Below are positions 9,770-19,233 of a stretch of 64,000 bases of DNA, one piece after another. The notes under the pieces are model-generated. The model was not told where the DNA came from and searched no databases. It saw nothing but the letters and a program-made list of their open reading frames with translations. Every line of letters begins with the position of its first letter. Position 1 is the first letter of the stretch. The translations under genes were made by a program, and so were the position numbers. The stretch is taken from positions 1,891-65,890 of the forward strand of contig JBAQTB010000002.1 of assembly GCA_049296775.1 (NCBI GenBank), written 5' to 3'. Source of the stretch: Patescibacteria group bacterium. Lineage in GTDB: Bacteria; Patescibacteriota; Patescibacteriia; UBA9934.

Positions 9770-10007
9770 TAACTTGTCTAACCTCTGGTATAGCCTGACA
9801 TAAGGCCGTTTCTACTCCGGTTTTCAAGGTAATGTCTGACAAGGCACACCCATGACAGGTACCCGTCAAGCGGACCTTAACTACCCCCGTGGCCTCCAAA
9901 ATCTCAACTAACTCAATCCCTCCAGCATGCAACTTAAGTGCCTGCCTGACAGATTCTAAGACCTTTTCTACTGCCTCACGCATACTACCCCAGTATACTC
10001 GTTTCAT
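9759..10007 (-). CDS. NifU-like (Nfu) Fe-S cluster assembly domain protein
   Basis: 82 aa; VRQALKLHAGGIELVEI...VKVRLTGTCHGCALSDITLKTGVE matches the NifU C-terminal domain with a CxxC pair. Confidence 0.7.
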   Translation of the reverse strand: MKRVYWGSMREAVEKVLESVRQALKLHAGGIELVEILEATGVVKVRLTGTCHGCALSDITLKTGVETALCQAIPEVRQVIAV

Positions 10008-10024
10008 AACCGTCTTATCAACAC

Positions 10025-10053
10025 TTGACGAATATTCCTAAATCGACTACTAT
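10025..10053 (+). promoter_or_regulatory. Candidate sigma70-type promoter for rpmA
   Basis: TTGACG (10025-10030), 17-nt spacer, TACTAT (10048-10053); ~65 nt upstream of the rpmA ATG. Confidence 0.35.
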
Positions 10054-10119
10054 TTCGACCAATGTCGAGCTTTGTCTATTTTGACTTTCGACTTGCGATT
10101 TTAGACTTTTGCCCCCAAT

Positions 10120-10410
10120 ATGGCACATAAATTAGCCCAAGGCTCCACCCGTAACGGCCGAGATTCCAAAGCCAAGCGCCTAGGAGTCAAGCGCGCCGAC
10201 GGTCAATACGTGAAAGTAGGTGAAATTATTGTCCGCCAACGCGGTACAGTTATCCACCCTTCTACCAACGTCCGTGCTGGCAAGGACCACACTATCTACG
10301 CTATCCAAAGCGGCCTAGTGAAGTTCAATAAAAAGCGTATGCCAAACTTCATTGGCAAGCTCCAGCTCCGTACCTTCGTCTCAGTTGTTCCCGTAGCCGC
10401 CAAGGCTTAA
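10120..10410 (+). CDS. rpmA: 50S ribosomal protein L27
   Basis: [25 protein letters not shown]... is the canonical L27 N-terminus. Confidence 0.9.
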   Translation: MAHKLAQGSTRNGRDSKAKRLGVKRADGQYVKVGEIIVRQRGTVIHPSTNVRAGKDHTIYAIQSGLVKFNKKRMPNFIGKLQLRTFVSVVPVAAKA

Positions 10411-10414
10411 CCCC

Positions 10415-10448
10415 AAAAAATCAGGACACGTGGTCCTGATTTTTTATT
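10415..10448. terminator. Rho-independent terminator after rpmA
   Basis: A-tract, then ATCAGGAC-acgtg-GTCCTGAT hairpin, then TTTTT. Confidence 0.6.
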
Positions 10449-10480
10449 GCTTGTATACTTAAAAGAAAAATCTCTAACCT

Positions 10481-11527
10481 ATGTCTGAACTTACTAACGA
10501 CCCAACCGGAGCTAGCACCCCACCCGTCAGTCACCCTCACCCGTCTAAAGCCAAAATTATCGGCTTAACTGTGGCCGTGATCGTCAGTCTAGGTCTAGCG
10601 GCCGCAGCTGGCGCCAGTATCTTGAGAACTTCCTACAAAAATGTACCCGCCGTCAACATTACCAATAGCTTCCAAAAGCTATCGGAATTAAAAACCTTTT
10701 CCTACAACCTAACCGTCGACGCCACTACCCCCGTCAAAGAGGTAAATACACATATTGAATTCCAAGCCGCTGGCAGTGCAGATGTCACCGAAAATAAGCA
10801 AACCAGCTTAAACGCCAGTCTCACTGTCAACCAAGACGATCAAGCAACCTTCGGACCAATTGAAGCTAAGATCATTCAAGCCGGCGAGGTCAGTTATTTA
10901 AATCTCCTCAGCCTCAATCTGCCACCCACGGCCGGACTTGATCTCAGTAATTATCAAGATCTGCTCCTCAATAACTGGATCAAGCTGGATAAAAATGAGC
11001 TCAGTGAAAAACTAAAACTCGAACAGCTAGAACAAGTTTTAGCTACAGAATTAAGTGCCGAAACCACTGAGCGTAACGCTAAAATTAAAAAGATCGTTAA
11101 AGACCATTTGTCAGAGATCTTCACCGTAACAGATCAAGGTGCAGATAATCTGCCAGCTGATACGGAAACAACCACTTACTACACGCTCCAGGTGCATCCA
11201 GACGGACTAATCACCCTAGCGGACGCCCTAACCGCAGAATTAGGTACGGAAGCAGACGACATCGCCAACAGACTCCGATCCTCAGCTGAGGATTTACAAG
11301 ATCTAGACACCTTAGACGTCACCATCTGGGTCGGTGACCGCGATCATTACCCTCACCAAATCAACATACACGCCGCTCAAATTGATACCAAGACTGACTA
11401 CCAGCTAACTCTGAGACTGTCTGACTTCAATCAACCAATCAATATCGACATTCCTTCCGAAACCACTAGCATCGATGCCCTGCTCCAACAACTCCAAGAA
11501 CGCCTAACTTCACAAATAACTCAGTAA
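10481..11527 (+). CDS. Hypothetical membrane-anchored extracellular protein (acidic, Thr/Asp/Leu-rich)
   Basis: 348 aa. Disordered Pro/Ser N-terminus, one TM (IIGLTVAVIVSLGLAAAAGASIL), then a soluble domain without recognisable motifs. Confidence 0.5.
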   Translation: MSELTNDPTGASTPPVSHPHPSKAKIIGLTVAVIVSLGLAAAAGASILRTSYKNVPAVNITNSFQKLSELKTFSYNLTVDATTPVKEVNTHIEFQAAGSADVTENKQTSLNASLTVNQDDQATFGPIEAKIIQAGEVSYLNLLSLNLPPTAGLDLSNYQDLLLNNWIKLDKNELSEKLKLEQLEQVLATELSAETTERNAKIKKIVKDHLSEIFTVTDQGADNLPADTETTTYYTLQVHPDGLITLADALTAELGTEADDIANRLRSSAEDLQDLDTLDVTIWVGDRDHYPHQINIHAAQIDTKTDYQLTLRLSDFNQPINIDIPSETTSIDALLQQLQERLTSQITQ

Positions 11528-11584
11528 GCCTACAAAAACTTACAGAACGCATGCAGGCCCAAACTCAAATCAAATAATCACACC

Positions 11585-11617
11585 TAAAAAAGCCCTGGAT
11601 AATCCAGGGCTTTTTGA
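11585..11617. terminator. Bidirectional rho-independent terminator between convergent genes
   Basis: AAAAAA-AGCCCTGGAT-aat-CCAGGGCT-TTTTT, flanked by A-run and T-run. Confidence 0.6.
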
Positions 11618-11634
11618 TAACTTTATTCTTGCGC

Positions 11635-13038
11635 TTACTTGCCTGGTATTTGCTTCTTCATCTCAGCCAACTCAGCCCGCGCCGCCTGTTTCTTCTTTTC
11701 ATCCTCATCTCGATCCACTATCGCCTCCGCATCTTTTTCAGCCTTATCCGTCCAATCTTTAATCTCTCGGCGATAATCTCCACTCAAATCACCAAGTGCT
11801 AAACAAATATCAAGCTGTTGTTTATTAAGATCCCGCAATCTATCATCCAAAGGCGTCTCTGAGCCGAATATATCTCTTACAAAATTAGAAAAACTAAAAC
11901 GTCTTAGAGACATCTGTATTGACGCGATTTCTTCATTCACTTTTAACAATTCTTGATACTTCGTAGACATCGCATCCGCCAATTTTCTTTCGTCTTCCTG
12001 TGTTTTAAGCTTATCAATGGAGTTGGCTTGTTCGATTAGTAACAAATTTTGTTTATAGTGTTTGACTATTCCCTTAGTCTGCGCAATGTTTAAAGCATTC
12101 CTGGTTAGAAGTATTTTACTGTCCAGCTGTTCCCGTAACCGATCTTCATTGAAATATTTATACGCCGCACCGTCAAGGAAACGAAAATTCAAGTCTACAC
12201 TTCGCCCAATTTTCTCAACATAAGCACCGATAATCTTTTCTGCCTCATTAGCATCTTTATATCCAAATTCATTGGGCAATTCCGTGGCCAGAATCCTGAG
12301 AGCGGTCCAGACCTGTTCATCCTGCACAACGCTTTTACTCAGATCCGTATTGGTACGCTCCTCTGTCCTTAGAGTATCAACCCACTCACTCGCCTTTTCT
12401 GAACCTAGCCAGGCCTTTTTCGCTAAAGTAATTGGCGATACATAGCTTCGGCCTTTGTCATCATAGTTTTTTCCAAATAAAAGCTGGTCATTGATTACCT
12501 CACCATCCAAAGAGATCCCAGCAAAATCCTCATTCTTATCATCTCTCCTCACCACCTGGGCGAACTCTGCCATCACGTCCTGATCCAAAAACATAGCCCC
12601 CAACTCAGCAGTCAAAATCGCTTCAGGACGGCTCGAGACATCCCCGCGTCTACATACAGTCTTCAGTTTGGAGTCTTTACGCTGGGAATAGGCAATTAAT
12701 TTAGACAAAAGTCTCTTATTTTTTTCCGTCTTCGCCAAGGCCTCCCAGGGTTCACAACCAAGATACACCGCTAATCGGTTAATAATTGACTGGGTCAAAT
12801 CGCCACGTTCAATCACCTCCTTCAAACGTTCTTTACCAGCTTTTTCAGCAGCAACTGCTTCTGGAGACGAACCAGCTTCATTAGCCAATCGACGAGCGCG
12901 AACTTTTTGAAAGCCTGGGCGTAAATCTGCCAAGTCAGAATCAGACGGCATTGGGGCATCGCCAGGTGACAATTGCTTAAGCGCTTTCCGATAAGCCTTA
13001 GCCTCTGGGCTAAAAGCCGAATGTTTAGATTCTGGCAT
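11635..13038 (-). CDS. Hypothetical cytoplasmic coiled-coil-rich protein, no recognised domain
   Basis: 467 aa; Lys/Glu-rich C-terminal half; begins 8 bp after the pyrG stop (likely co-transcribed); central portion visibly AT-richer than neighbours. Confidence 0.5.
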   Translation of the reverse strand: MPESKHSAFSPEAKAYRKALKQLSPGDAPMPSDSDLADLRPGFQKVRARRLANEAGSSPEAVAAEKAGKERLKEVIERGDLTQSIINRLAVYLGCEPWEALAKTEKNKRLLSKLIAYSQRKDSKLKTVCRRGDVSSRPEAILTAELGAMFLDQDVMAEFAQVVRRDDKNEDFAGISLDGEVINDQLLFGKNYDDKGRSYVSPITLAKKAWLGSEKASEWVDTLRTEERTNTDLSKSVVQDEQVWTALRILATELPNEFGYKDANEAEKIIGAYVEKIGRSVDLNFRFLDGAAYKYFNEDRLREQLDSKILLTRNALNIAQTKGIVKHYKQNLLLIEQANSIDKLKTQEDERKLADAMSTKYQELLKVNEEIASIQMSLRRFSFSNFVRDIFGSETPLDDRLRDLNKQQLDICLALGDLSGDYRREIKDWTDKAEKDAEAIVDRDEDEKKKQAARAELAEMKKQIPGK

Positions 13039-13046
13039 AAAAAAGT

Positions 13047-14672
13047 TTATTTACTCAGCTTCGCTGCTTTTAGCAAGCCTACAAACAACGGATGCGGATC
13101 AAGTGGCCGAGATTGAAATTCTGGGTGAAATTGCACACCCACAAAGAAGGGGTGATCTTTGACTTCAACGATTTCTACCAAACGATCATCGGGCGAGGTT
13201 CCAGCAATGACTAATCCGGCTTTTTCGAGTTCGGCGCGATACTCGTTGTTGAATTCATAACGATGGCGGTGACGCTCGGAGATCTCGGCTTCACCATAAG
13301 CCTGGCGTGAAGTCGAACCATCGGCGAGTTTACAGCGGTACGAACCGAGACGCAGCGTGCCACCAAACTTCTTGCCCTTTACGTTATCACCCTGACCCGC
13401 CATCAGGTCGATGACTGGATGTTTACTCTTAGCATTGATCTCCGTAGTATTCGCCGTTTTCCAACCGAGTTCATTACGAGCGAATTCAATCACCGCACAC
13501 TGCATGCCGTAACAGAGACCCAAGTAAGGAATTTTGTTTTTGCGGACGTAATTGATGGCAGCAATTTTACCCTCAATACCCCGTGAACCAAAACCGCCCG
13601 GGATAATCACAGCATGCAAGCTATCGAGCTCCTTGAGTTTCTTAGGATCTTTTTCGTACTCTTCGGCATTCAACCATTCGATCTTGGGCATGACCCCAAC
13701 GGCCGCGCCAGCATGCTTAATCGACTCTAGCACCGAAATATAAGCATCCGATAACGTAAAATTACCGGTCGAGAAGTATTTTCCAATCACGCCAATGCGC
13801 ACTTCTTTATGGCCATTAGAACGAGCTTTCACAAACTTATGCCAAGCCGTGAGATCATTCTTCTTAGCGCGGAGTCCAAAACTCTTCAAAACCTTCTTGG
13901 CGAATTCCTGTTTCTCAAACATGTCAGGAATGTCGTAGATCGAACTCACGTCAGGCGCTGAAATGATGTGATCAGCCGGCACTTGGCAAAATTGAGCGAT
14001 TTTATCTTTGCGTGGCTTATCCATCGCCTGCTCAGAGCGGCCAATGACAAAGTCAGGCAAAATACCAGCACTATTCAAAGTACGCACTGCGTATTGCGTA
14101 GGTTTGGTTTTCATTTCCCCGACACTCGGTGGCACCGGTAAATAACTAACTAGGGCAAACTTAACTCGCCCCCCATGTTTCACCTGCATCAGGCGGCCGG
14201 CCTCAAGAAACAAAATATTTTGATACTCACCCACAGTGCCGCCAACCTCGATCAAAGTAATATCAGCCTTGGCTGACTTAGCGGCAGCCTCAATACGACG
14301 AATGACCTCCTCTGGCACATGAGGAACCACTTCAACGCACTTACCCTCATACTCTAAATTACGCTCACGCTCAATCACCGACTGGTACACACGTCCAGTC
14401 GTCATATAATTGATCTTGGTAATGTCTACGCCCAAATAACGCTCGTAAGTCCCAATGTCTTGATCCGTCTCATCCCCATCAATCGTCACAAACACCTCAC
14501 CGTGCTCCACTGGATTCATGGTCCCAGCATCCAAGTTAACGTATGGATCAATCTTGATAGCGGTCACGGCATAGCCTTTAGCCTTCAAGGTCAGGCCCAA
14601 TGCCGCTGTGGACGTACCCTTACCCACTCCGCTCATCACCCCACCCACCACAAACAAAAAATGATGCTTCAT
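13047..14672 (-). CDS. pyrG: CTP synthase
   Basis: 541 aa; N-terminal synthetase P-loop VVGGVMSGVGKGTSTAALG; C-terminal class I glutamine amidotransferase with GLCYGMQ and HPEF motifs. Confidence 0.9.
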   Translation of the reverse strand: MKHHFLFVVGGVMSGVGKGTSTAALGLTLKAKGYAVTAIKIDPYVNLDAGTMNPVEHGEVFVTIDGDETDQDIGTYERYLGVDITKINYMTTGRVYQSVIERERNLEYEGKCVEVVPHVPEEVIRRIEAAAKSAKADITLIEVGGTVGEYQNILFLEAGRLMQVKHGGRVKFALVSYLPVPPSVGEMKTKPTQYAVRTLNSAGILPDFVIGRSEQAMDKPRKDKIAQFCQVPADHIISAPDVSSIYDIPDMFEKQEFAKKVLKSFGLRAKKNDLTAWHKFVKARSNGHKEVRIGVIGKYFSTGNFTLSDAYISVLESIKHAGAAVGVMPKIEWLNAEEYEKDPKKLKELDSLHAVIIPGGFGSRGIEGKIAAINYVRKNKIPYLGLCYGMQCAVIEFARNELGWKTANTTEINAKSKHPVIDLMAGQGDNVKGKKFGGTLRLGSYRCKLADGSTSRQAYGEAEISERHRHRYEFNNEYRAELEKAGLVIAGTSPDDRLVEIVEVKDHPFFVGVQFHPEFQSRPLDPHPLFVGLLKAAKLSK

Positions 14673-14684
14673 ACGATATTTTTT

Positions 14685-15122
14685 CTATACACCACTTTCT
14701 ACCACGACAGTGATCGTAGCTTCAAATCCAGTTTCAAAAAGTATGTGGACATCTTGCGTACCCAGGGCAATAATCGGTGACATTTTGATGGCAGACTTAG
14801 GCACACTGTAGCCCATGTCCTTCAGGCTAGCCCGGACCTCTGTGGCCGTCACCGGGGCAGATAGCTTGCCTTTCTTGACCGGTACAGTAATCACAACCTC
14901 TAGCCCGTCAAGCTGCCCAGCTAATTCTTGCTGTGGAGAAATGGGCTCTTTCTTCATGACTTTCAAACGAGCAGCTTCATCTTTATCCGTTGCCACTGAA
15001 TTTGCCACCTTCACCGCTAAATACTGGGGAAATAAAAAATTGATCGCATAACCGTCTGGTACATCAACTGTAGCGCCCTTCGGACCTAGGGCATTTATGT
15101 TTTCGAGGAGGGAGACGCGCAT
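14685..15122 (-). CDS. rplI: 50S ribosomal protein L9
   Basis: MRVSLLENINALGPKGATVDVPDGYAINFLFPQYLA matches L9 N-domain consensus (MKVILL..GLG.KG..V.V.DGYARN.L.P). Confidence 0.85.
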   Translation of the reverse strand: MRVSLLENINALGPKGATVDVPDGYAINFLFPQYLAVKVANSVATDKDEAARLKVMKKEPISPQQELAGQLDGLEVVITVPVKKGKLSAPVTATEVRASLKDMGYSVPKSAIKMSPIIALGTQDVHILFETGFEATITVVVESGV

Positions 15123-15634
15123 ACTCGCAAAGCCTTCTTAATTATCCCTATCATATCCCGATAACTGGAGCGCTGCAGCAATTCAGCCGCCGGCACCCAG
15201 GCCACAGCCCGGATGTTCTCTCCACCTTTGACCGGTTTAGGCCGAATTAGTGCCGCATCCGTTGGTACTTCAAATAAAAAGTAATGAATGTACTTGTGAA
15301 TAAGCTTACCCTTATGCACAAAGCGATCCCTAAACCAAATATCAATACTCTCTAATCTGCATACATAACGCAAACCTACTAACCCCATCTCTTCCCTGAT
15401 CTCCCTCACCGCCGCATCTCGATACTTCTCTCCATCACGTACATGCCCCTTAGGAAAGGCCCACTTGCCGTAAGAATCTATCACCATACCAAACGCAATC
15501 CCCTCTGGAGTACGCTTAAAAACTAAGCCTCCAGCTGAGACTTCCGTACGGTGACGCTCTCGTTCCCCCTTAGTTCGCCTGGAGGAAATCGAGCGCCGCT
15601 TCAAGTTGGGGGTCTGTGCCGGCATGTACTTCAT
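15095..15634 (-). CDS. NUDIX hydrolase
   Basis: Nudix box GHVRDGEKYRDAAVREIREEMGL; start uncertain (overlaps ctpA 3' end by about 65 nt and the rplI start by 28 nt). Confidence 0.7.
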   Translation of the reverse strand: MKYMPAQTPNLKRRSISSRRTKGERERHRTEVSAGGLVFKRTPEGIAFGMVIDSYGKWAFPKGHVRDGEKYRDAAVREIREEMGLVGLRYVCRLESIDIWFRDRFVHKGKLIHKYIHYFLFEVPTDAALIRPKPVKGGENIRAVAWVPAAELLQRSSYRDMIGIIKKALRVCASPSSKT

Positions 15635-16829
15635 CCAAAGAATAAGAAACTACCTGATCCGGAGCAATGCCGTGCTTATCGATTGAACGACCAAGAGGTG
15701 TCAACCAGCGTGCAACCGTAATTTTTATCGCGCTACCATCTGGTAAATCACGATATTCTTGAACAGAGCCCTTGCCAAAGGACTGTTCGCCAATAACTGT
15801 CGCTTTGTTGTAATCCTGCAGGGCGCCAGCCAAAATCTCAGACGCCGAAGCCGAACCACCGTTTACTAAGACTACAGTTTGCGTATCTGCCAGGAGCGGA
15901 ATGCCCATCCCCTTTCTATCGATCTTATCCTCCCCCGTATCCTCAATCACCACTACCTTATCACCAACCCAGTATCCCGCCAAGATGATCGAGGCATCCA
16001 GGTAACCACCAGGGTTGTTTCTTAAGTCTAAAATCAGCTCAGTTACGCCTTGTTCCTGAATTTCTTGTACAGCCTTAGCGAATAAGGAGGCTGTCTGATC
16101 ATTGAACATATTAACGCTGATCACCGCCACCTGATCCTCTCTAACCTCCCAACTGACACTATCGATCTTAATCTCATCTCTAATGATCGACACTTCAATT
16201 GGGTCAACATCAGGCCTACCCAACGTCAAAACAACTGTCGTACCCTTTTCACCACGAATCTTCTCAACTGCTTCATTCACAGAGAGTCCAGCCGTAAGCT
16301 CCCCATTAATCTGCAAAATACGGTCGCCAGGGCGCAGACCGGCCCGTTCAGCCGGAGTTTTCTTAATTGGAGAGACTACCACCACGTTAGCGTCTTCATC
16401 TAACCCAATCTCAGCCCCGATACCAAAAAAAGTGCCGTCTAGTTGCTGATTAAAATCAGCTGCCAGCTCCGGCGTAAAGAACGTGGAGTACGGATCCTCA
16501 AGTCCCCACACCAAGCCCTGCAAGGCCGCATAAAACAAGTCCTTGTCAGAGGTTGGACTATCAACGTATTGCTCCTGAACTAACTGCCAAACATCCCAGA
16601 ACATACTGAAGTTCACATCATCCTCTAGCCAAGCCGGGGCCTGGCCGCCTATCCCTTTAACCTCACCTTCTACCACGTCCACCGTTCCAGCTTCATACTT
16701 GCCCCGGCCCAAGCCATAACCAAGAGTCAGAAAAACACTGGCTAAACCTAAATAAAACAGAATTTTTAATGGTTTCGCTAACGGTGATTGCATTTTAACT
16801 TCACTAAACATATGGAACGATTGTAGCAC
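15570..16829 (-). CDS. Carboxy-terminal processing peptidase (S41 family, CtpA/Prc-like) with PDZ domain
   Basis: 419 aa; N-terminal TM; PDZ GLRPGDRILQINGE; S41 core LVNGGSASASEILAGALQD. Confidence 0.85.
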   Translation of the reverse strand: MLQSFHMFSEVKMQSPLAKPLKILFYLGLASVFLTLGYGLGRGKYEAGTVDVVEGEVKGIGGQAPAWLEDDVNFSMFWDVWQLVQEQYVDSPTSDKDLFYAALQGLVWGLEDPYSTFFTPELAADFNQQLDGTFFGIGAEIGLDEDANVVVVSPIKKTPAERAGLRPGDRILQINGELTAGLSVNEAVEKIRGEKGTTVVLTLGRPDVDPIEVSIIRDEIKIDSVSWEVREDQVAVISVNMFNDQTASLFAKAVQEIQEQGVTELILDLRNNPGGYLDASIILAGYWVGDKVVVIEDTGEDKIDRKGMGIPLLADTQTVVLVNGGSASASEILAGALQDYNKATVIGEQSFGKGSVQEYRDLPDGSAIKITVARWLTPLGRSIDKHGIAPDQVVSYSLDEVHAGTDPQLEAALDFLQAN

Positions 16830-16866
16830 GCTAGTCTCAGACTGGAAAATCTGCTATCCTCCTCTC

Positions 16867-17847
16867 ATGCACCTAGCTTTAAGACGCGTCATCTTTGCGA
16901 TTTTCCTACTGATTTTTTTGATTGGTGCGCCTACAATCGTCTTTTACACGGCTGGATATAGACTCATTATTGCCAACCGTCACATTCAAAGAACCGGCGC
17001 GTTGGCCATTAACACCCAGCCCCGTGGCAGCTCAATAGTTCTTAACGGTCAGGACCTCGCTCAAAAATCCCCATACGTAGTGCAACGCATTATGCCGAAC
17101 ACTCACTCCGTGACTCTGACCAAAAAAGGCTATCATGACTGGAGTCAACGCGTTCAGGTGGATGAAGGCAAAACTACCTACATTAGCACCAGATTGTTTG
17201 CGGATGCTCAACCTACCCTCCTCAATGCAGCCAATTCAGCCTTGGCTTTACGCGCCAAACCCAGTCATGTTGAACCCCTAGATGACGCGAGTATTCATTT
17301 TATAAATAATGGCGCTAACGTAGAGGTAAGAACTGGCTCAGTTGTCTCTAGTCAACTTATCGCCTTGCTTCCCCTAAGCGACTACACTCTTCTGGAGGAA
17401 GATGCTGACTACATCATCTTAGCCAACGAACATCTCCAAGCTTATGTCATTCAAAGGGATGGCGGCAATGTCGTTGAGTTGCCTACAAAAATTACTGCTT
17501 TCGACTGGCTAGATGATAAACACGCCCTAGTTTGGACGGATGGCTCTGAAGTCAACATCTACGACGCCATCAGCCAAGAACGTACTTTCATTACCCGTGA
17601 AGGCAACTACATCGCTGACGTTGCTTGGCACCCAGAAGCTGATAGTTTCTTTGTGGTCAGTGGTGACTCAATCCAAGCTTACGACATGGCAGTACACGCC
17701 ACTAGATCCGTAACTCAACTCTTAAGCGATACCCCCGTTCTAGATATTTGGCTAGATGCCGCTGGCAAAAATTTATACTTCCTAGACAGTGCCCCAACCA
17801 ATACTACCGACACCCTATTTGTAAATCAGCTACCTTTAACTCTGTAA
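16867..17847 (+). CDS. PEGA domain-containing membrane-anchored protein
   Basis: 326 aa. N-terminal TM, then QPRGSSIVLNGQDLAQKSPYVVQRIMPNTHSVTLTKKGYHDW, which fits the PEGA domain pattern. Confidence 0.5.
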   Translation: MHLALRRVIFAIFLLIFLIGAPTIVFYTAGYRLIIANRHIQRTGALAINTQPRGSSIVLNGQDLAQKSPYVVQRIMPNTHSVTLTKKGYHDWSQRVQVDEGKTTYISTRLFADAQPTLLNAANSALALRAKPSHVEPLDDASIHFINNGANVEVRTGSVVSSQLIALLPLSDYTLLEEDADYIILANEHLQAYVIQRDGGNVVELPTKITAFDWLDDKHALVWTDGSEVNIYDAISQERTFITREGNYIADVAWHPEADSFFVVSGDSIQAYDMAVHATRSVTQLLSDTPVLDIWLDAAGKNLYFLDSAPTNTTDTLFVNQLPLTL

Positions 17848-18687
17848 AAAGTCCTGCAGCGCCTCTAGTCTAGAACGTAAGGGTGAAAATTTAGTTGAGA
17901 GTAATACCGTAAAACACCCTCTAGCCGCTGGCTTAGGAAACGCGGAAGCCGGTACCGGACGCCTGGTAACCGTCACGCCCTTCAATTTGAAAAATTCTTC
18001 AGCAAAGGCGTACCACGTCACGCCCTCACCGCTATTCACTAGGTGATAAATTCCAGCCGGATATGCCTCATGCACTAGCGCATAAATGCCTTGAGCTAAA
18101 TCCGGAGTGTAAGTTGGTGATCCGACTTCTTCATCAATGATATCGAGCGCCGGCTTAGACCCAGCTAAGCGCAACATCATGACCACAAAACTCTCCTTAG
18201 CATCCAATGAAGACGCTGGCTTGCCAAAAAGACGCGCCGTTCTCACAATGTAATATTGGCCACCCACTTGCTCCACCAATTCCTCACCGGCCGCTTTAGT
18301 TTCGCCATACTTACAAATCGGACCGCGAATATCTGTCTCTACATAACCAGAGGCCTTCGTTCCCGGAAAAACCGCATCTGTACTCACGGTCACAAACTTT
18401 GCGCCTAGCTGCTTAGCGGCCTCCGCTAAATAACGTGGCCCCAGCGCATTAATCGCAAAAGCGACCGGATATTGATCCGGCTCCTCAGCCTTATCTACCG
18501 CATTATACGCGGCGCAATTCACAATCACTTCTGGCTGATACTCAGTCACCATCCGTGTCACCGCTTCTCGATCAGTAATGTCCAGGCCGTCCCGGTCAAA
18601 ACCCACCACTTCATGACCGTGCTGCGTAAACACGGCCATCACATCCTGACCCAAAGCACCTTTGCGACCGGTCACTAAAACCTTCAT
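17836..18687 (-). CDS. rfbD: dTDP-4-dehydrorhamnose reductase
   Basis: 283 aa; MKVLVTGRKGALGQDV N-terminus, YGETKAAGE (YxxxK) motif; adjacent to rmlC and rmlB. Confidence 0.8.
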   Translation of the reverse strand: MKVLVTGRKGALGQDVMAVFTQHGHEVVGFDRDGLDITDREAVTRMVTEYQPEVIVNCAAYNAVDKAEEPDQYPVAFAINALGPRYLAEAAKQLGAKFVTVSTDAVFPGTKASGYVETDIRGPICKYGETKAAGEELVEQVGGQYYIVRTARLFGKPASSLDAKESFVVMMLRLAGSKPALDIIDEEVGSPTYTPDLAQGIYALVHEAYPAGIYHLVNSGEGVTWYAFAEEFFKLKGVTVTRRPVPASAFPKPAARGCFTVLLSTKFSPLRSRLEALQDFLQS

Positions 18688-18690
18688 ACG

Positions 18691-19233
18691 CTAAAATGGC
18701 AAAACTAAATCCTTGAGCTGAGGGGCGGCTTGATCTCGCGCTGAAATCACTGGCTCACCTTCTACTGGCCACGCTACGTTTAGCTCAGGGTCGTTCCAGG
18801 CGACATTCGCATCTCCAGCTTTGTCATAAGTTTCCGTGCACTTATACAAAACTTCGCTATTCTCCAAAGCATAAAAACCGTGCGCAAAACCCGCTGGCAG
18901 CCACAACATCTTATTGTTCAGTGGTGACAACTCCAAACCAAATGATTGCTTGTAAGTTGGTGAATTTTTACGCAGGTCAACAGCTACATCCCAAATCCTC
19001 CCCCGGCTACAACGCACTAACTTGCCCATCGCCTTAGGTGGCAATTGAAAATGCAAGCCCCGCAAGACACCGGCCACCGAACTAGAGTGATTGTCCTGCG
19101 CAAAGACCGTCGGCAGACCGGCAGCCGCAAACGTATCCGCGTTAAAGACCTCCATAAAGAAACCGCGCTCATCGCCCAACACCTTAGGTGTCAAAATCAA
19201 GAGGCCGTCAATGGGAGTTTTTTCAATCGTCAT
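18691..19233 (-). CDS. rfbC: dTDP-4-dehydrorhamnose 3,5-epimerase
   Basis: 180 aa cupin; LILTPKVLGDERGFFMEVF and RGLHFQ motifs typical of RmlC. Confidence 0.85.
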   Translation of the reverse strand: MTIEKTPIDGLLILTPKVLGDERGFFMEVFNADTFAAAGLPTVFAQDNHSSSVAGVLRGLHFQLPPKAMGKLVRCSRGRIWDVAVDLRKNSPTYKQSFGLELSPLNNKMLWLPAGFAHGFYALENSEVLYKCTETYDKAGDANVAWNDPELNVAWPVEGEPVISARDQAAPQLKDLVLPF

